The translations under genes and the position numbers were made by a program. A stretch of DNA of 64,000 nucleotides from contig DATDWR010000014.1 of NCBI GenBank assembly GCA_035289605.1, forward strand, positions 13,798 through 77,797, in the 5' to 3' direction. The stretch is from Candidatus Nanoarchaeia archaeon (GTDB taxonomy: Archaea; Nanobdellota; Nanobdellia; SCGC-AAA011-G17; GW2011-AR18). Below the pieces are notes generated by a model. That model was given only the letters and a program-made list of their open reading frames with translations. It was not told the origin of the DNA and made no database searches. Shown here one piece after another: positions 35,886 to 44,710 of the stretch (its first letter is position 1; every line of letters begins with the position of its first letter).

Positions 35886-36425
35886 ATGAGGCTGTTTGTT
35901 GCTTTGGATGTTGGCAGTGATGCTAAGGATTATTTGTTTAGTCTAAAAAAATCTGTAGGTAATTCTTATGCTAAAATTAATTGGGTTGCAAAGAAGAATC
36001 TTCATCTCACTTTAAAGTTTATTGGCGAAGTTCCAGACAGTGATGTAGTTAAGATTAAGGCAGCTCTAAAAGAAATAAAATTTGAAAATTTTAAATTATC
36101 TCTGAAGAGCTTGGGTGTTTTTCCTGATGAAAATTTCTCAAGAGTTTTGTGGGTTGGCCTGGAGCCTGAAGTTTATGTTATAAAACTGCAGAAACTAATA
36201 GATGAAGCTTTGATAGGGTATGGCAGGCAGGAAACTGAATTCAAGTGCCATCTTACTATCGGAAGGATAAAGGTTGTAAAAGATAAAAAAAAGTTTTTAG
36301 AAACTATAAGAAAGATAAAAGTTGAGGAATTAATTTCCAATGTAAATAATTTCAGGCTGTACAAGAGCACATTGACAAAAGACGGTCCAGTTTATGAAGT
36401 TTTGGAAGCATATTCTTTAGAATAA
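35886..36425 (+). CDS. thpR: RNA 2',3'-cyclic phosphodiesterase (2H phosphoesterase, LigT/ThpR)
   Basis: Two HxT/S motifs: HLTLKF and HLTIGR. Confidence 0.85.
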   Translation: MRLFVALDVGSDAKDYLFSLKKSVGNSYAKINWVAKKNLHLTLKFIGEVPDSDVVKIKAALKEIKFENFKLSLKSLGVFPDENFSRVLWVGLEPEVYVIKLQKLIDEALIGYGRQETEFKCHLTIGRIKVVKDKKKFLETIRKIKVEELISNVNNFRLYKSTLTKDGPVYEVLEAYSLE

Positions 36426-36463
36426 GAATGTTTATTAATTTAAATTTTTTAATATAAATTTTA

Positions 36464-37192
36464 ATGGGAAACATTTCTAGTCATTTAGTTGGAAGCTTGT
36501 TGCATTTTAGGCATAAAAGAGGAATGCGAAATGGAAGAGCCGAAGGTGCAGACGGATTGCTATATGGCAGAGCAGTTGGTGGCAGTTTGGTAGAGAGGTT
36601 TGGATTAAATAGAATAGAGGCGGAAACTGTAGCAAAAATATTATTTGAAGCTTCTTGCGAAGATATTCCCAATCTAGAAGACATTAAAGCAGTGACTTTA
36701 GACCAGGCAGTCAGATCACATCAAGATGATTGGTATTTTGAAAATATTGAAAGAAAAGTAGGAGAGCATGAAGTTTTATTTTTAGAAACATCTTATGTAA
36801 TAAGCGCGCCTTCAGAAGATAAAATAAGAAAAGCTGGAGAGGTTGTTACATCTGGAAGATTATACAGGTTGGTAGTGTTTTATAATTGTCCTGATAATGA
36901 AACTCAGGAGTTTGCAAGAGCTTTCGGAGGATATATAAGAAATATGGTGGAAGGAACCGTCTTAAGAGTCAGAGAAGAATTTGGTGTAAGAAGATTTAGG
37001 CCATATGATGGTGTAGCTGTTAAAGTCGTAGATAAACTAGATTTAGGTAAAGAATTTTCTAATACACCTCCAAAGTCATTAACAGTAATAGGTTTAAAAA
37101 ATCATCATTTCTCATTCGATAGCGTTCATGATGGAAAATTATACGCCGTAAATGTTAAAGAATATAAAGAATTAATAAGAGATAGAAACTGA
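36464..37192 (+). CDS. hypothetical protein
   Basis: 242-aa ORF with Arg/Gly-rich, GC-richer composition and no recognised motif. Confidence 0.5.
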   Translation: MGNISSHLVGSLLHFRHKRGMRNGRAEGADGLLYGRAVGGSLVERFGLNRIEAETVAKILFEASCEDIPNLEDIKAVTLDQAVRSHQDDWYFENIERKVGEHEVLFLETSYVISAPSEDKIRKAGEVVTSGRLYRLVVFYNCPDNETQEFARAFGGYIRNMVEGTVLRVREEFGVRRFRPYDGVAVKVVDKLDLGKEFSNTPPKSLTVIGLKNHHFSFDSVHDGKLYAVNVKEYKELIRDRN

Positions 37193-37193
37193 A

Positions 37194-37853
37194 CTAAAAA
37201 TAATGTTCATCAATAATTTTTTTGATTTCTTTTGCTTTTATTTTTCCTATTTTGTCAACTTCTATTAATTCTTCTTCAGAGGCATTGAATATATTTTTTA
37301 CATTCTTAAATTTATTTAGTAGATTTTTAGCGATTGTAGGCCCCACTCCGGGCAGTGATTCAATTATGTATTCCTGCATTTCTTTTGTTGTCAATGGCTT
37401 TCTTTTTGTTAGCAGGCTTATTGGTTTTCTTGATTTTTCGAATTTTGAGCTTATGACTTTTATCATTTTTGCAGTGTCCCTGAAACTTCTTGTCGTGATC
37501 ATTGGCACTTGCATGTCTAGGCATATTGATGCTATCATCCCTCTTATTGAATTTGGATGAAAATTTCTTAATGTATACACATCTTCAGTTCCTTCTAAGA
37601 TTAGTAATGGAAAATTAAAATTTTGTTTCAATAATATTAACTGGTTCACAAGTCTTTTATCTATTATTGAATCAAGAAAGTCTTGTGTTGTCTTCCTTTC
37701 TATTCCTATTGTTTGTAGTTCTCCTGCTTCTGTTTTTACTTCTAGTACAAAGTCTGCTATAGCTAATTGTTTTACATCTATGTCTAAACCAACTTTTGCT
37801 AGTTCCTTTATCATTTGTTTGTTTTCTCTGTGGTCAACTATTATTTTTGTCAT
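37194..37853 (-). CDS. ERCC4/XPF-type nuclease with C-terminal HhH2 (Hef nuclease module)
   Basis: VDHRE, GIERKTTQDFLDSI (ERK motif), and a C-terminal LPGVGPTIAKNLL...IGKIKAKEI. Confidence 0.85.
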   Translation of the reverse strand: MTKIIVDHRENKQMIKELAKVGLDIDVKQLAIADFVLEVKTEAGELQTIGIERKTTQDFLDSIIDKRLVNQLILLKQNFNFPLLILEGTEDVYTLRNFHPNSIRGMIASICLDMQVPMITTRSFRDTAKMIKVISSKFEKSRKPISLLTKRKPLTTKEMQEYIIESLPGVGPTIAKNLLNKFKNVKNIFNASEEELIEVDKIGKIKAKEIKKIIDEHYF

Positions 37854-37858
37854 TTTTT

Positions 37859-39379
37859 CTAGAATTTGTTAAGTTCTTTTTGTTTTGTCTCCTTTTTGGC
37901 AGTTCCTTTTTCTTTCATTCTATATAGTATTCCCTTCATTCTTGCTTCGTCTTTTCTTGACTTCCAGTAGTAAGCAGCGTCCATTGTTCCTTTTGTTACT
38001 AAAAATATTACCTTTCCAGATTTTATTCTTCCAACTCTTCCTGCTCTTTGTATTTTTCTTATTGAAGATGGGGTGTTGTCATAGAATATTGCTACATCAG
38101 CTTCTTTTATGCTCAGTCCTTCTTCGCCTATTGAAGTTGTTATCAGGCAGCTGTATATTCCGTCATTGAACTTTTCTATTGTTTCTATCTGTTCTTTTTG
38201 TGTCAGTCCTTCTTTTTGCCCGACAAGTCTTGTTGCTCTTATTCTATTGCTGTTCAGTAAGTTGAATATATTGTCTACAGTATTTCTGTAGGTTGCAAAT
38301 ATTATTATCCTTAAATTATTGTTTTCTTCTAGTTCTTTTTTTATTATATCTAGCAGTTTGTTGAATTTTGGATGTTCAATATTATTGTTTAGTAGCTTTT
38401 CAGTTTCTTCTTTGGCTTTTATTATGTTAGGCTCTGCTAGTATTGTTTTTGCAGCTTTGCTTGTTTCTGAAGCGAGTTTTTTCATAAAGTCATTCAATGA
38501 TTTTAGTCCTTGTGTTTCTATTGTTTCCAGCATGTAGCTTAGTTTTAGCAATTGTGCCACTAATGAAATCCCATAGAACGCTGCCCTGTTGTTTTTTCTT
38601 ATTTCATTCTGCATATATTGCTGAAAGAATATCAAGTCTCGTTTGCTTATTACTGATGCAGGTTTTGACAGCCCAAAGCCTTTCAGTTTTTCAAGCCTTT
38701 CTTTGTAAACTTCTTTTATTAGTGAATGTATTTTCTTAAACTCTTCTGGAAATTCTATTTCAACATACTGTATTTCTTTTTTCTGCACATGTTCTTTTAA
38801 ATCCTCATCCTCTTCAGATCTTATTTCTACTGCTTCTATTCCAAGATTAGTGCATATCTCATCTATCTTAGCTTTTGTGCTTCCGGGAGATGCAGTTAGT
38901 GCTAATATTTTAGGATTAACTGATTTTTCTAAGTAGTTTTTGGAAACAATTGTGTTTGCAAATCTCTGCCTTGATCTATGGCTCTCGTCTATCACTAACA
39001 AGCTTATATTTTCTAGGCTGATTCTGTTGTTTTGTATATCCTCACTTATTGTTTGTGGTGTTGCCACTATAATTTTTGAGTTTTCATAATGGCTTGTTCT
39101 TTTGTTTGGGGAGATTGTTCCTGTTAACAACACAACATCTTGATTGCCTATTTCCAAGCAATCTTTGAATTCATTTGCTATTTGGTTTGCTAATGGCCTT
39201 GTAGGAGTCATAACTATAATTTTTGATTGCGGATAATTGCTTAGTCTTTCTGCTGCTAGCATTATTGCAATCTTTGTTTTTCCAAGCCCTGTCGGTATGC
39301 AAACCAATGTATTTTTTTCTTTGCATGTATTAAGAATATTCTTCTGGTATTCTCTTGGTGTAAAATTTTTTATCTGCAT
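37859..39379 (-). CDS. hef: Hef-type SF2 helicase module
   Basis: PTGLGKT, DESH, TASPG, and C-terminal QRAGRVGR helicase motifs. Its stop lies 5 nt before the nuclease ATG, in another frame. Confidence 0.85.
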   Translation of the reverse strand: MQIKNFTPREYQKNILNTCKEKNTLVCIPTGLGKTKIAIMLAAERLSNYPQSKIIVMTPTRPLANQIANEFKDCLEIGNQDVVLLTGTISPNKRTSHYENSKIIVATPQTISEDIQNNRISLENISLLVIDESHRSRQRFANTIVSKNYLEKSVNPKILALTASPGSTKAKIDEICTNLGIEAVEIRSEEDEDLKEHVQKKEIQYVEIEFPEEFKKIHSLIKEVYKERLEKLKGFGLSKPASVISKRDLIFFQQYMQNEIRKNNRAAFYGISLVAQLLKLSYMLETIETQGLKSLNDFMKKLASETSKAAKTILAEPNIIKAKEETEKLLNNNIEHPKFNKLLDIIKKELEENNNLRIIIFATYRNTVDNIFNLLNSNRIRATRLVGQKEGLTQKEQIETIEKFNDGIYSCLITTSIGEEGLSIKEADVAIFYDNTPSSIRKIQRAGRVGRIKSGKVIFLVTKGTMDAAYYWKSRKDEARMKGILYRMKEKGTAKKETKQKELNKF

Positions 39380-39409
39380 AATAATAGTAAAGAAAGAGAA
39401 TATTTAAAC

Positions 39410-39706
39410 TTAGTTGTATTTCTTGTAGTATTCTGCTTTTTTTTCTTGAAGTTTCATCCTGCATGCTCTTTCTTTCCAGTAGACTGCATGGGACGCTTCT
39501 TTCTCAAATAATGTTAGTGCAATCCGGACTCTGTCATCTTCTTTTAGTCCTTCATCTCTTGTTATTTCTTCAGCAATTTCTAAAAATTGTCTTAATAATT
39601 CGACATTATAGGCTCTTGCTAGTAATTCAACTTCGCGCTCTTCTTCATCGTTTAATGTTATTTCTTTCCAGTATTTTCCCATTTGGAACATTTTGTGGAA
39701 TGACAT
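39410..39706 (-). CDS. hypothetical protein
   Basis: 98-aa helical ORF. Confidence 0.45.
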   Translation of the reverse strand: MSFHKMFQMGKYWKEITLNDEEEREVELLARAYNVELLRQFLEIAEEITRDEGLKEDDRVRIALTLFEKEASHAVYWKERACRMKLQEKKAEYYKKYN

Positions 39707-39761
39707 ACAATTTTATTAGGGTTTAGAATTAAAAAATCTTCACCTTCTTTTTTCGAAAAGT

Positions 39762-40043
39762 TTACAGAAGTTCCCCTATTTTTTCTATATGTTCTGCTAT
39801 TCTGTTTCCGTTGTCTGTTAATGCTATTGTCTTTATTCTTCCATGCTTCTCAAATGTCACTAGTTTTGCCTTTTCCATTTCTTGCAGTATTTTTACAGCA
39901 TGAGAATAAGTGCAGTCTACTTCTTTGGCTAACACTGACCCGTACCTGTTTTTCTGACTCTTTCTCAAAGCCACCAGTATCATGGCAGGCTTTCTTCTAA
40001 AAAACACCTCAAATATGTCTGACTGTTTTGGTTTTACTATCAC
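39762..40043 (-). CDS. winged helix-turn-helix transcriptional regulator
   Basis: ILVALRKSQKNRYGSVLAKEVDCTYSHAVKILQEMEKAKLVTFEKHGRIK. Confidence 0.65.
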   Translation of the reverse strand: MIVKPKQSDIFEVFFRRKPAMILVALRKSQKNRYGSVLAKEVDCTYSHAVKILQEMEKAKLVTFEKHGRIKTIALTDNGNRIAEHIEKIGELL

Positions 40044-40226
40044 CTAAATACCCCCCTAAAATTATACACCTTTTTTCTTACGATGTGTATATAATAAAAG
40101 CTACTATTTAAAGCTTTTTATTAATAATATATTTTGAAGGCAATATTTTTTGTTACTATTAAGAAATTATTACTTGAAATGCTTTTATAAAAAAGTTTAT
40201 AATCTAATGATTAGCTTCTTTGAATA

Positions 40227-41534
40227 ATGCTCGATATTAATTTCATAAGAGAGAATCCTGAAGCTGTAAAAAAAAATATTGCAAAAAGGGGGGAGAAATA
40301 TAATCCTCAGCTAGTTGATCAGTTGTTAAAGTTGGATAAGGAGTGGAGAGAGCTTAGGGGAAGTGTTGATTCTTTGAGGCATGAAAGAAATAAATTGACT
40401 TTGCAGATTACAAAGTTATCCAAAGAAAAAAAAGATATATCAAAATTAGTTACAAAAGCTAAAAATTTGCCAGATGAGATAAAAAAATCTGAAGTAATAT
40501 TGGAAGATCTTAAGAAGAACATAGAATTAGTTCATTTGAGCATTCCTAACATGCTTGACAGTTCTGTTCCTTTGGGAAAAAATGATAAGGATAATGTTGT
40601 TAGAAAAAAATGGGGTAAAGTTTCTAAAATTAAGTTTGAATTGAAAAATCATGCAGAATTATTGGAAAACTTAGGATTGGCAGATTTTGATGCAGGAATA
40701 AGCAACTCTGGCCAGGGTTTTAATTATCTTAAGTCAGACTCTGCATTGCTTGATCTGGCTTTGCAGAGGTATGGTGTTGAATTTTTGCTGAAGAATGGTT
40801 TCATTCCAATCGTTCCGCCTATTCTTCTTAATAATAAAACTTTATTAGGAGCTCTTAATGGCTTAAAGGATTTTGAGGATGTTGTCTACAAAGTAGAAAA
40901 TGAAGACCTATATTTGATAGGCACTGCAGAGCACTCTTTGGTTACAATGCTGAAGAATAAAACTTTGAACAAGAAAGATCTTCCCATGAAATTTTTTGCA
41001 GTTACTCCTTGTTTCAGGAAAGAGATTGGAGGCCATGGTATTGATATGAAGTGGCTGTTTAGGATGCATCAGTTCAATAAGGTAGAGCAGGTAATTTTCG
41101 CAAAGCCTGAAGAGTCTATGAAAATGTTGAATTACATGCAGGGCTTGACAGAGAAATTTTTTCAGAGCTTGAAAATTCCTTATCGTATTGTCGAGATATG
41201 TTCTGGTGATTTAGGTGCAAAGTTCGCTAAGCAGTGGGATATAGAAGCATGGTTCCCGAGACAAAATGAATATAGGGAAGTCACTTCTGCAGGTTCATGC
41301 ACAGATTATCAGGCTGTTGCTTTGAATATTAAATATATAGACAAAGATAAAAAAGACTATGTGCATATTTTAAATAATACTATGGTTGCTACTTCAAGGG
41401 CGATGGTTGCTATTCTAGAAAACTATCAGCAGAAGGATGGTTCTGTTAAAGTTCCTGCTGTTTTAGTAAAATATATGAATGGGAAAAGATTTATTGGAGG
41501 TAGGAAAAATGAGAGAAAGTCTGGCAGACAATAA
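40227..41534 (+). CDS. serS: seryl-tRNA synthetase
   Basis: N-terminal coiled-coil arm and class II core (CFRKEIG, FNKVEQ, TSAGSCTDYQA, LNNTMVATSRAMVAILENYQ). Confidence 0.9.
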   Translation: MLDINFIRENPEAVKKNIAKRGEKYNPQLVDQLLKLDKEWRELRGSVDSLRHERNKLTLQITKLSKEKKDISKLVTKAKNLPDEIKKSEVILEDLKKNIELVHLSIPNMLDSSVPLGKNDKDNVVRKKWGKVSKIKFELKNHAELLENLGLADFDAGISNSGQGFNYLKSDSALLDLALQRYGVEFLLKNGFIPIVPPILLNNKTLLGALNGLKDFEDVVYKVENEDLYLIGTAEHSLVTMLKNKTLNKKDLPMKFFAVTPCFRKEIGGHGIDMKWLFRMHQFNKVEQVIFAKPEESMKMLNYMQGLTEKFFQSLKIPYRIVEICSGDLGAKFAKQWDIEAWFPRQNEYREVTSAGSCTDYQAVALNIKYIDKDKKDYVHILNNTMVATSRAMVAILENYQQKDGSVKVPAVLVKYMNGKRFIGGRKNERKSGRQ

Positions 41535-41769
41535 AAAGATTCTTAATGGTATATTAACAACTCTTAACGGCCTAGAAGATAATGTTAAGAAAGGCAAAGC
41601 GCCGTCTCCCGTAGATATTATTAATATATTAACTGTGATAAATTATGCTTTATTGGATGTTATAGAAAATCTTGAAGAAAATGAATCAGGATTAGCAACA
41701 GTTAATCATCAATTAGCTTTGGACATTGATAAGTTAGATAGAAGAATAAAAGCTTTGGAGAAAAAATAA
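41509..41769 (+). CDS. hypothetical coiled-coil protein
   Basis: GGAGGT lies 8 nt upstream of the ATG at 41509. The track start at 41479 is less likely. Confidence 0.45.
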   Translation: MRESLADNKKILNGILTTLNGLEDNVKKGKAPSPVDIINILTVINYALLDVIENLEENESGLATVNHQLALDIDKLDRRIKALEKK

Positions 41770-41770
41770 G

Positions 41771-42091
41771 ATGGTAAGCAGAAAGCCTTTATCACAGGAT
41801 CCAGATTTTGAGGAAGGAGAGCATGAAGGAGATATTTATGATGAAGAAGGTCGTGAAGAATTACAAGAATCTGATGAAATAAATGAAGTAGAGGAAGGAT
41901 TTGTAGAAGGTTTTGAGGAAGGAGAGCATGAAGCCAAGTGTGCTGAATGTGGCTCTGTTCTTGTCGATGATAAAATTATTCAGGAAGAAATTGATGGTCA
42001 CAGTTATAATTTCTGTAGTAATGATTGTGCCTTGGCTTTTGAAGCTGGAAAGAAAAGAAAGCAGGGTAAATTAAAAAAGGCTTTCAAATAA
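41771..42091 (+). CDS. acidic protein with C-terminal TRASH-type zinc-binding domain
   Basis: CAECGSVL...NFCSNDCALAF (C-x2-C-x19-22-C-x3-C). Confidence 0.6.
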   Translation: MVSRKPLSQDPDFEEGEHEGDIYDEEGREELQESDEINEVEEGFVEGFEEGEHEAKCAECGSVLVDDKIIQEEIDGHSYNFCSNDCALAFEAGKKRKQGKLKKAFK

Positions 42092-42119
42092 AGTCGGGAA
42101 CCGAATTATTTATTTCTTA

Positions 42120-42926
42120 TTATGCTGTTTTGCCTTGAAGTAAATCTTCTAAACTGACTCCAATTTTTTTCGCGACTGACTGTGGCCCTGCCACTTCCCC
42201 GACAAAACGACCGAAGTTGTCAAGATCGATGTAGCCGTCCAAACCGTAGCCGTAGCCGCTGCTAACGGACACCAAACTGCCTCTATCAGCTTGACCTTCT
42301 TGAACACTTAAACTAATGTAAGGTTTCTCTACTCCTTTCTTGATTAACATTTCAGCATAAGCTTCTGCTCTTCTTTTTCCGCCTGAAAGCATTATTGCTC
42401 TCGGATCTTTAACCCATTTAGCTAATTTCATGTAATCATTAGGTAAACTTTTGAATAAACTAACATCTGCTACTACTCCGAATTGTTCTTCTAAGTCTTG
42501 GTCTTGGGTTTCTCTTAAGAAAGTTTTATAATCTCTTAATCCTTCTACTTTTCTTTTTTTGAAAGCTTGAACTTCTTGTTCTGTTAGTTTTGCTCCATAG
42601 TTTACAAGTCCTTTTTCAATAGCGCTTTTTAATCTTTGATGATCTGGTAAAGGGTGATTTAAACCGTGAACTACAATAACTTTATTTCCGACATTGTAAA
42701 CTCCTGAAGCTGTAGTGTACCAGTCAGTCCAGATATAATCATTAAAATCTGGACAGTCATTTCTTAAATCCAAAACTCTGGGAGAAGTTACTGGCTTCAA
42801 ACCTCTAGCTACAGTATCTCTTAAAGCATTAGCAACACCGTACTTGCTGTCTTTTAAGTCTTCAACAATTTCTCCAAAAGGTACTGGAGATGTTCTGTTT
42901 ATTTTACCATCAATTGTGATTATCAT
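42120..42926 (-). CDS. paralog of the DGR target protein (VR-like C-terminal segment)
   Basis: 268 aa. It is collinear with 30263..31084: VVVYGH/VIVVHG, KAIDDGKLVNGAG/SAIEKGLVNYGAK, FLGGQENAERYL/MLSGGKRRAEAY, and RGRVLFVG...GRVVGVAPEAHSVAKN versus RGSLVSVS...GRFVGEVAGPQSVAKK. Confidence 0.75.
   Translation of the reverse strand: MIITIDGKINRTSPVPFGEIVEDLKDSKYGVANALRDTVARGLKPVTSPRVLDLRNDCPDFNDYIWTDWYTTASGVYNVGNKVIVVHGLNHPLPDHQRLKSAIEKGLVNYGAKLTEQEVQAFKKRKVEGLRDYKTFLRETQDQDLEEQFGVVADVSLFKSLPNDYMKLAKWVKDPRAIMLSGGKRRAEAYAEMLIKKGVEKPYISLSVQEGQADRGSLVSVSSGYGYGLDGYIDLDNFGRFVGEVAGPQSVAKKIGVSLEDLLQGKTA
42182..42194 (-). other. GC hairpin after the VR-like segment (gtggc-agg-gccac on the coding strand)
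   Basis: 5-bp stem with a 3-nt loop, starting at the same codon offset after GRxVGx as the VR1 hairpin but with a different stem sequence. Confidence 0.5.
42197..42283 (-). repeat. VR-like segment of the paralog (diverged from the local TR)
   Basis: Encodes SLVSVSSGYGYGLDGYIDLDNFGRFVG. It aligns to the TR, but many differences are at non-adenine positions. Confidence 0.5.
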
Positions 42927-42957
42927 TTTTAACCTGTAATTTGGAGTAAATATACAT

Positions 42958-42994
42958 TTTATAAGCTTTTCTATTGTTATTACTTAGAAGTAAC
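42958..42994 (-). promoter_or_regulatory. promoter block of the paralog: BRE/TATA plus ATTACTT-N2-AAGTAA palindrome
   Basis: tttataagcttttctattgttattacttagaagtaac versus 31114-31151 shows about 34 of 38 identical positions by eye. Confidence 0.5.
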
Positions 42995-43042
42995 TATTAA
43001 AAATAACCTAAATTTAATAAGTTCGCTAAATATACAATCAAT

Positions 43043-43654
43043 ATGAGCCACAAAAAATTAAAAATTTTAGCAGCAAGTGATATACATGGAGATTCTTCTC
43101 AAGTTAGAAAGCTAGCTGAAAAGGCAGAAAAGGAAAATGTAGATCTGGTAGTATTATGCGGAGATATAACAAGCCCATTGCAAACAAAAGACATTATCAA
43201 ACCATTCAAGGATAAAAACAAAAAAGTCTTGTTAGTTCACGGTAATCATGATGGAATTCTGGTAGGTGAATTATTGTCAGAATTATATAAAGTAAAGAAC
43301 CTGCATTCAAATACTGCAAAATACCAGCATGTAGGTTTGTTTGGTTGTGGTGGTGCAAATGTTGGATTGGATGCACTTTCAGAAGAAGAAATATTTGAGA
43401 CTATGAAAAAAGGATTCTACTATGTTAAAGACTTACCAAAGAAAATAGCTGTCACTCATGTGCATCCTGATGGAACTGTCGTAGAAAAGATTTCTCCAGG
43501 TTTCGGTTCAACTGGCTTAAGAGAATTTATAGATAGGTATCAGCCAGATTTGGTTTTATGTGGTCATGTTCATGAAGCTGCTGGTGTTGAAGATTTAATT
43601 GGAAAGACAAAAATTATTAACGTGGGCAGAAACGGAAAAGTCATTGAAATCTAA
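43043..43654 (+). CDS. calcineurin-like metallophosphoesterase
   Basis: SDIHGD, CGDIT, HGNHD and CGHVHE motifs. Confidence 0.85.
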   Translation: MSHKKLKILAASDIHGDSSQVRKLAEKAEKENVDLVVLCGDITSPLQTKDIIKPFKDKNKKVLLVHGNHDGILVGELLSELYKVKNLHSNTAKYQHVGLFGCGGANVGLDALSEEEIFETMKKGFYYVKDLPKKIAVTHVHPDGTVVEKISPGFGSTGLREFIDRYQPDLVLCGHVHEAAGVEDLIGKTKIINVGRNGKVIEI

Positions 43655-43722
43655 TTTACTGTAAAATTTATTCAGCAAATATTGCACCAGACAAAAGCTT
43701 TAAATATGTATGCATATACTAT

Positions 43723-43959
43723 ATGTATATGGTAAAATTAATTAGTCTGTCAGAAGAGGCATATAAAGTGTTGAAGCAACTAAAAAAAGATAGCATGAGC
43801 TTTAGTGATACAATTTTAAAACATTTAAACCATGAAAGGAAAAATAAAACTGAAGACCTGGAAGGTTTGATAAAGTGGATTAAAAGTATAAAAAGTGTAA
43901 GTAAAAAAGAAAAGATATCAAAAAATGTTGACGAAATAGTGTATGGTATAAAAAGATGA
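43723..43959 (+). CDS. vapB: VapB-type antitoxin (archaeal DUF217-like)
   Basis: KLISLSEEAYKVLKQLKKDSMSFSDTILKHL. Overlaps the vapC start by 4 nt. The start may be at 43729. Confidence 0.65.
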   Translation: MYMVKLISLSEEAYKVLKQLKKDSMSFSDTILKHLNHERKNKTEDLEGLIKWIKSIKSVSKKEKISKNVDEIVYGIKR

Positions 43960-44348
43960 TAGCTGATACATCATTTCTTGTTGCATTGTTTATAGAAGAA
44001 GATGAGCTTCATGAGAAATCAATAAATGAACTAGAAAAGAATAAAAAAGAAATATTAATTACTGATAGAATTCTTGAAGAAACATTTACAGTTATTTGTT
44101 ATAAAAAAGGAGTAGATTATGCTTTAATGATTTTTGAGAAACTAAAAAATAATAAGGACATAATTTTTTATCAGTTAAGTGAAGAAGAAATTAAAAAAAT
44201 ATATGAAATAATAAAGAAATTCAGAAAAAAATTAAGTTTTGCAGACTACACTGTAATTTACTTGGCATTAAAGGACAATGAAAAAATACTATGCTTTGAT
44301 GAAGAACTAAATAAGACAATTAATTATAGAAGAAGAATACAAGATTAA
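43956..44348 (+). CDS. vapC: PIN-domain toxin VapC
   Basis: MIADTSFLVALF... with an acidic PIN residue pattern, coupled to the upstream antitoxin. Confidence 0.75.
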   Translation: MIADTSFLVALFIEEDELHEKSINELEKNKKEILITDRILEETFTVICYKKGVDYALMIFEKLKNNKDIIFYQLSEEEIKKIYEIIKKFRKKLSFADYTVIYLALKDNEKILCFDEELNKTINYRRRIQD

Positions 44349-44710
44349 AAAGTTTGATATTAAAACTAACAATAATACGATTATTCATGGAGTTATTTAC
44401 ATAAAAAAACCTTCTTTTAATTATACTAAAGAACTGAAAAAGAAAAGTAAACAGGAAGAAATTAGAAAATTAAAATTATTGAGAAATAAAATTTACGAAT
44501 CTTTAAGAATGAATAAAATAGACTTAGTTATTATGAAATAAAATATAGGTTATTAACTTCGAGGAAAATTGTTGTTAAATACCAGGTTGAGATAAAAGAA
44601 GCTGGATTAATACCAGCAATTGTAGAAGAGACAACAGACGAATTTCCTCTGGAAATTGAAGTTGAATTTTTGTAAGGAAAATTTATAAATGATGTATCTT
44701 TGTAATTATA

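Noticed and set aside
42197-42283. Calling the paralog's C-terminal segment an active VR of the local TR
   Set aside because: Many differences from the TR lie at non-adenine positions and there are two codon indels. It is reported only as VR-like.
43697-43730. AT-rich direct and palindromic repeats (tatgcata, atatgtat x2) upstream of vapBC as an operator
   Set aside because: The repeats are short and the sequence is too AT-rich to distinguish them from the generic BRE/TATA promoter (aaagctttaaata).
44349-44710. Intergenic region with two open stretches (IHGVIYIKKPSFNYTKELKKK... and VVKYQVEIKEAGLIPAIVEETTDEFPLEIEVEFL)
   Set aside because: Neither stretch has a plausible start codon in frame. 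They are probably decayed gene fragments and are not annotated as genes.
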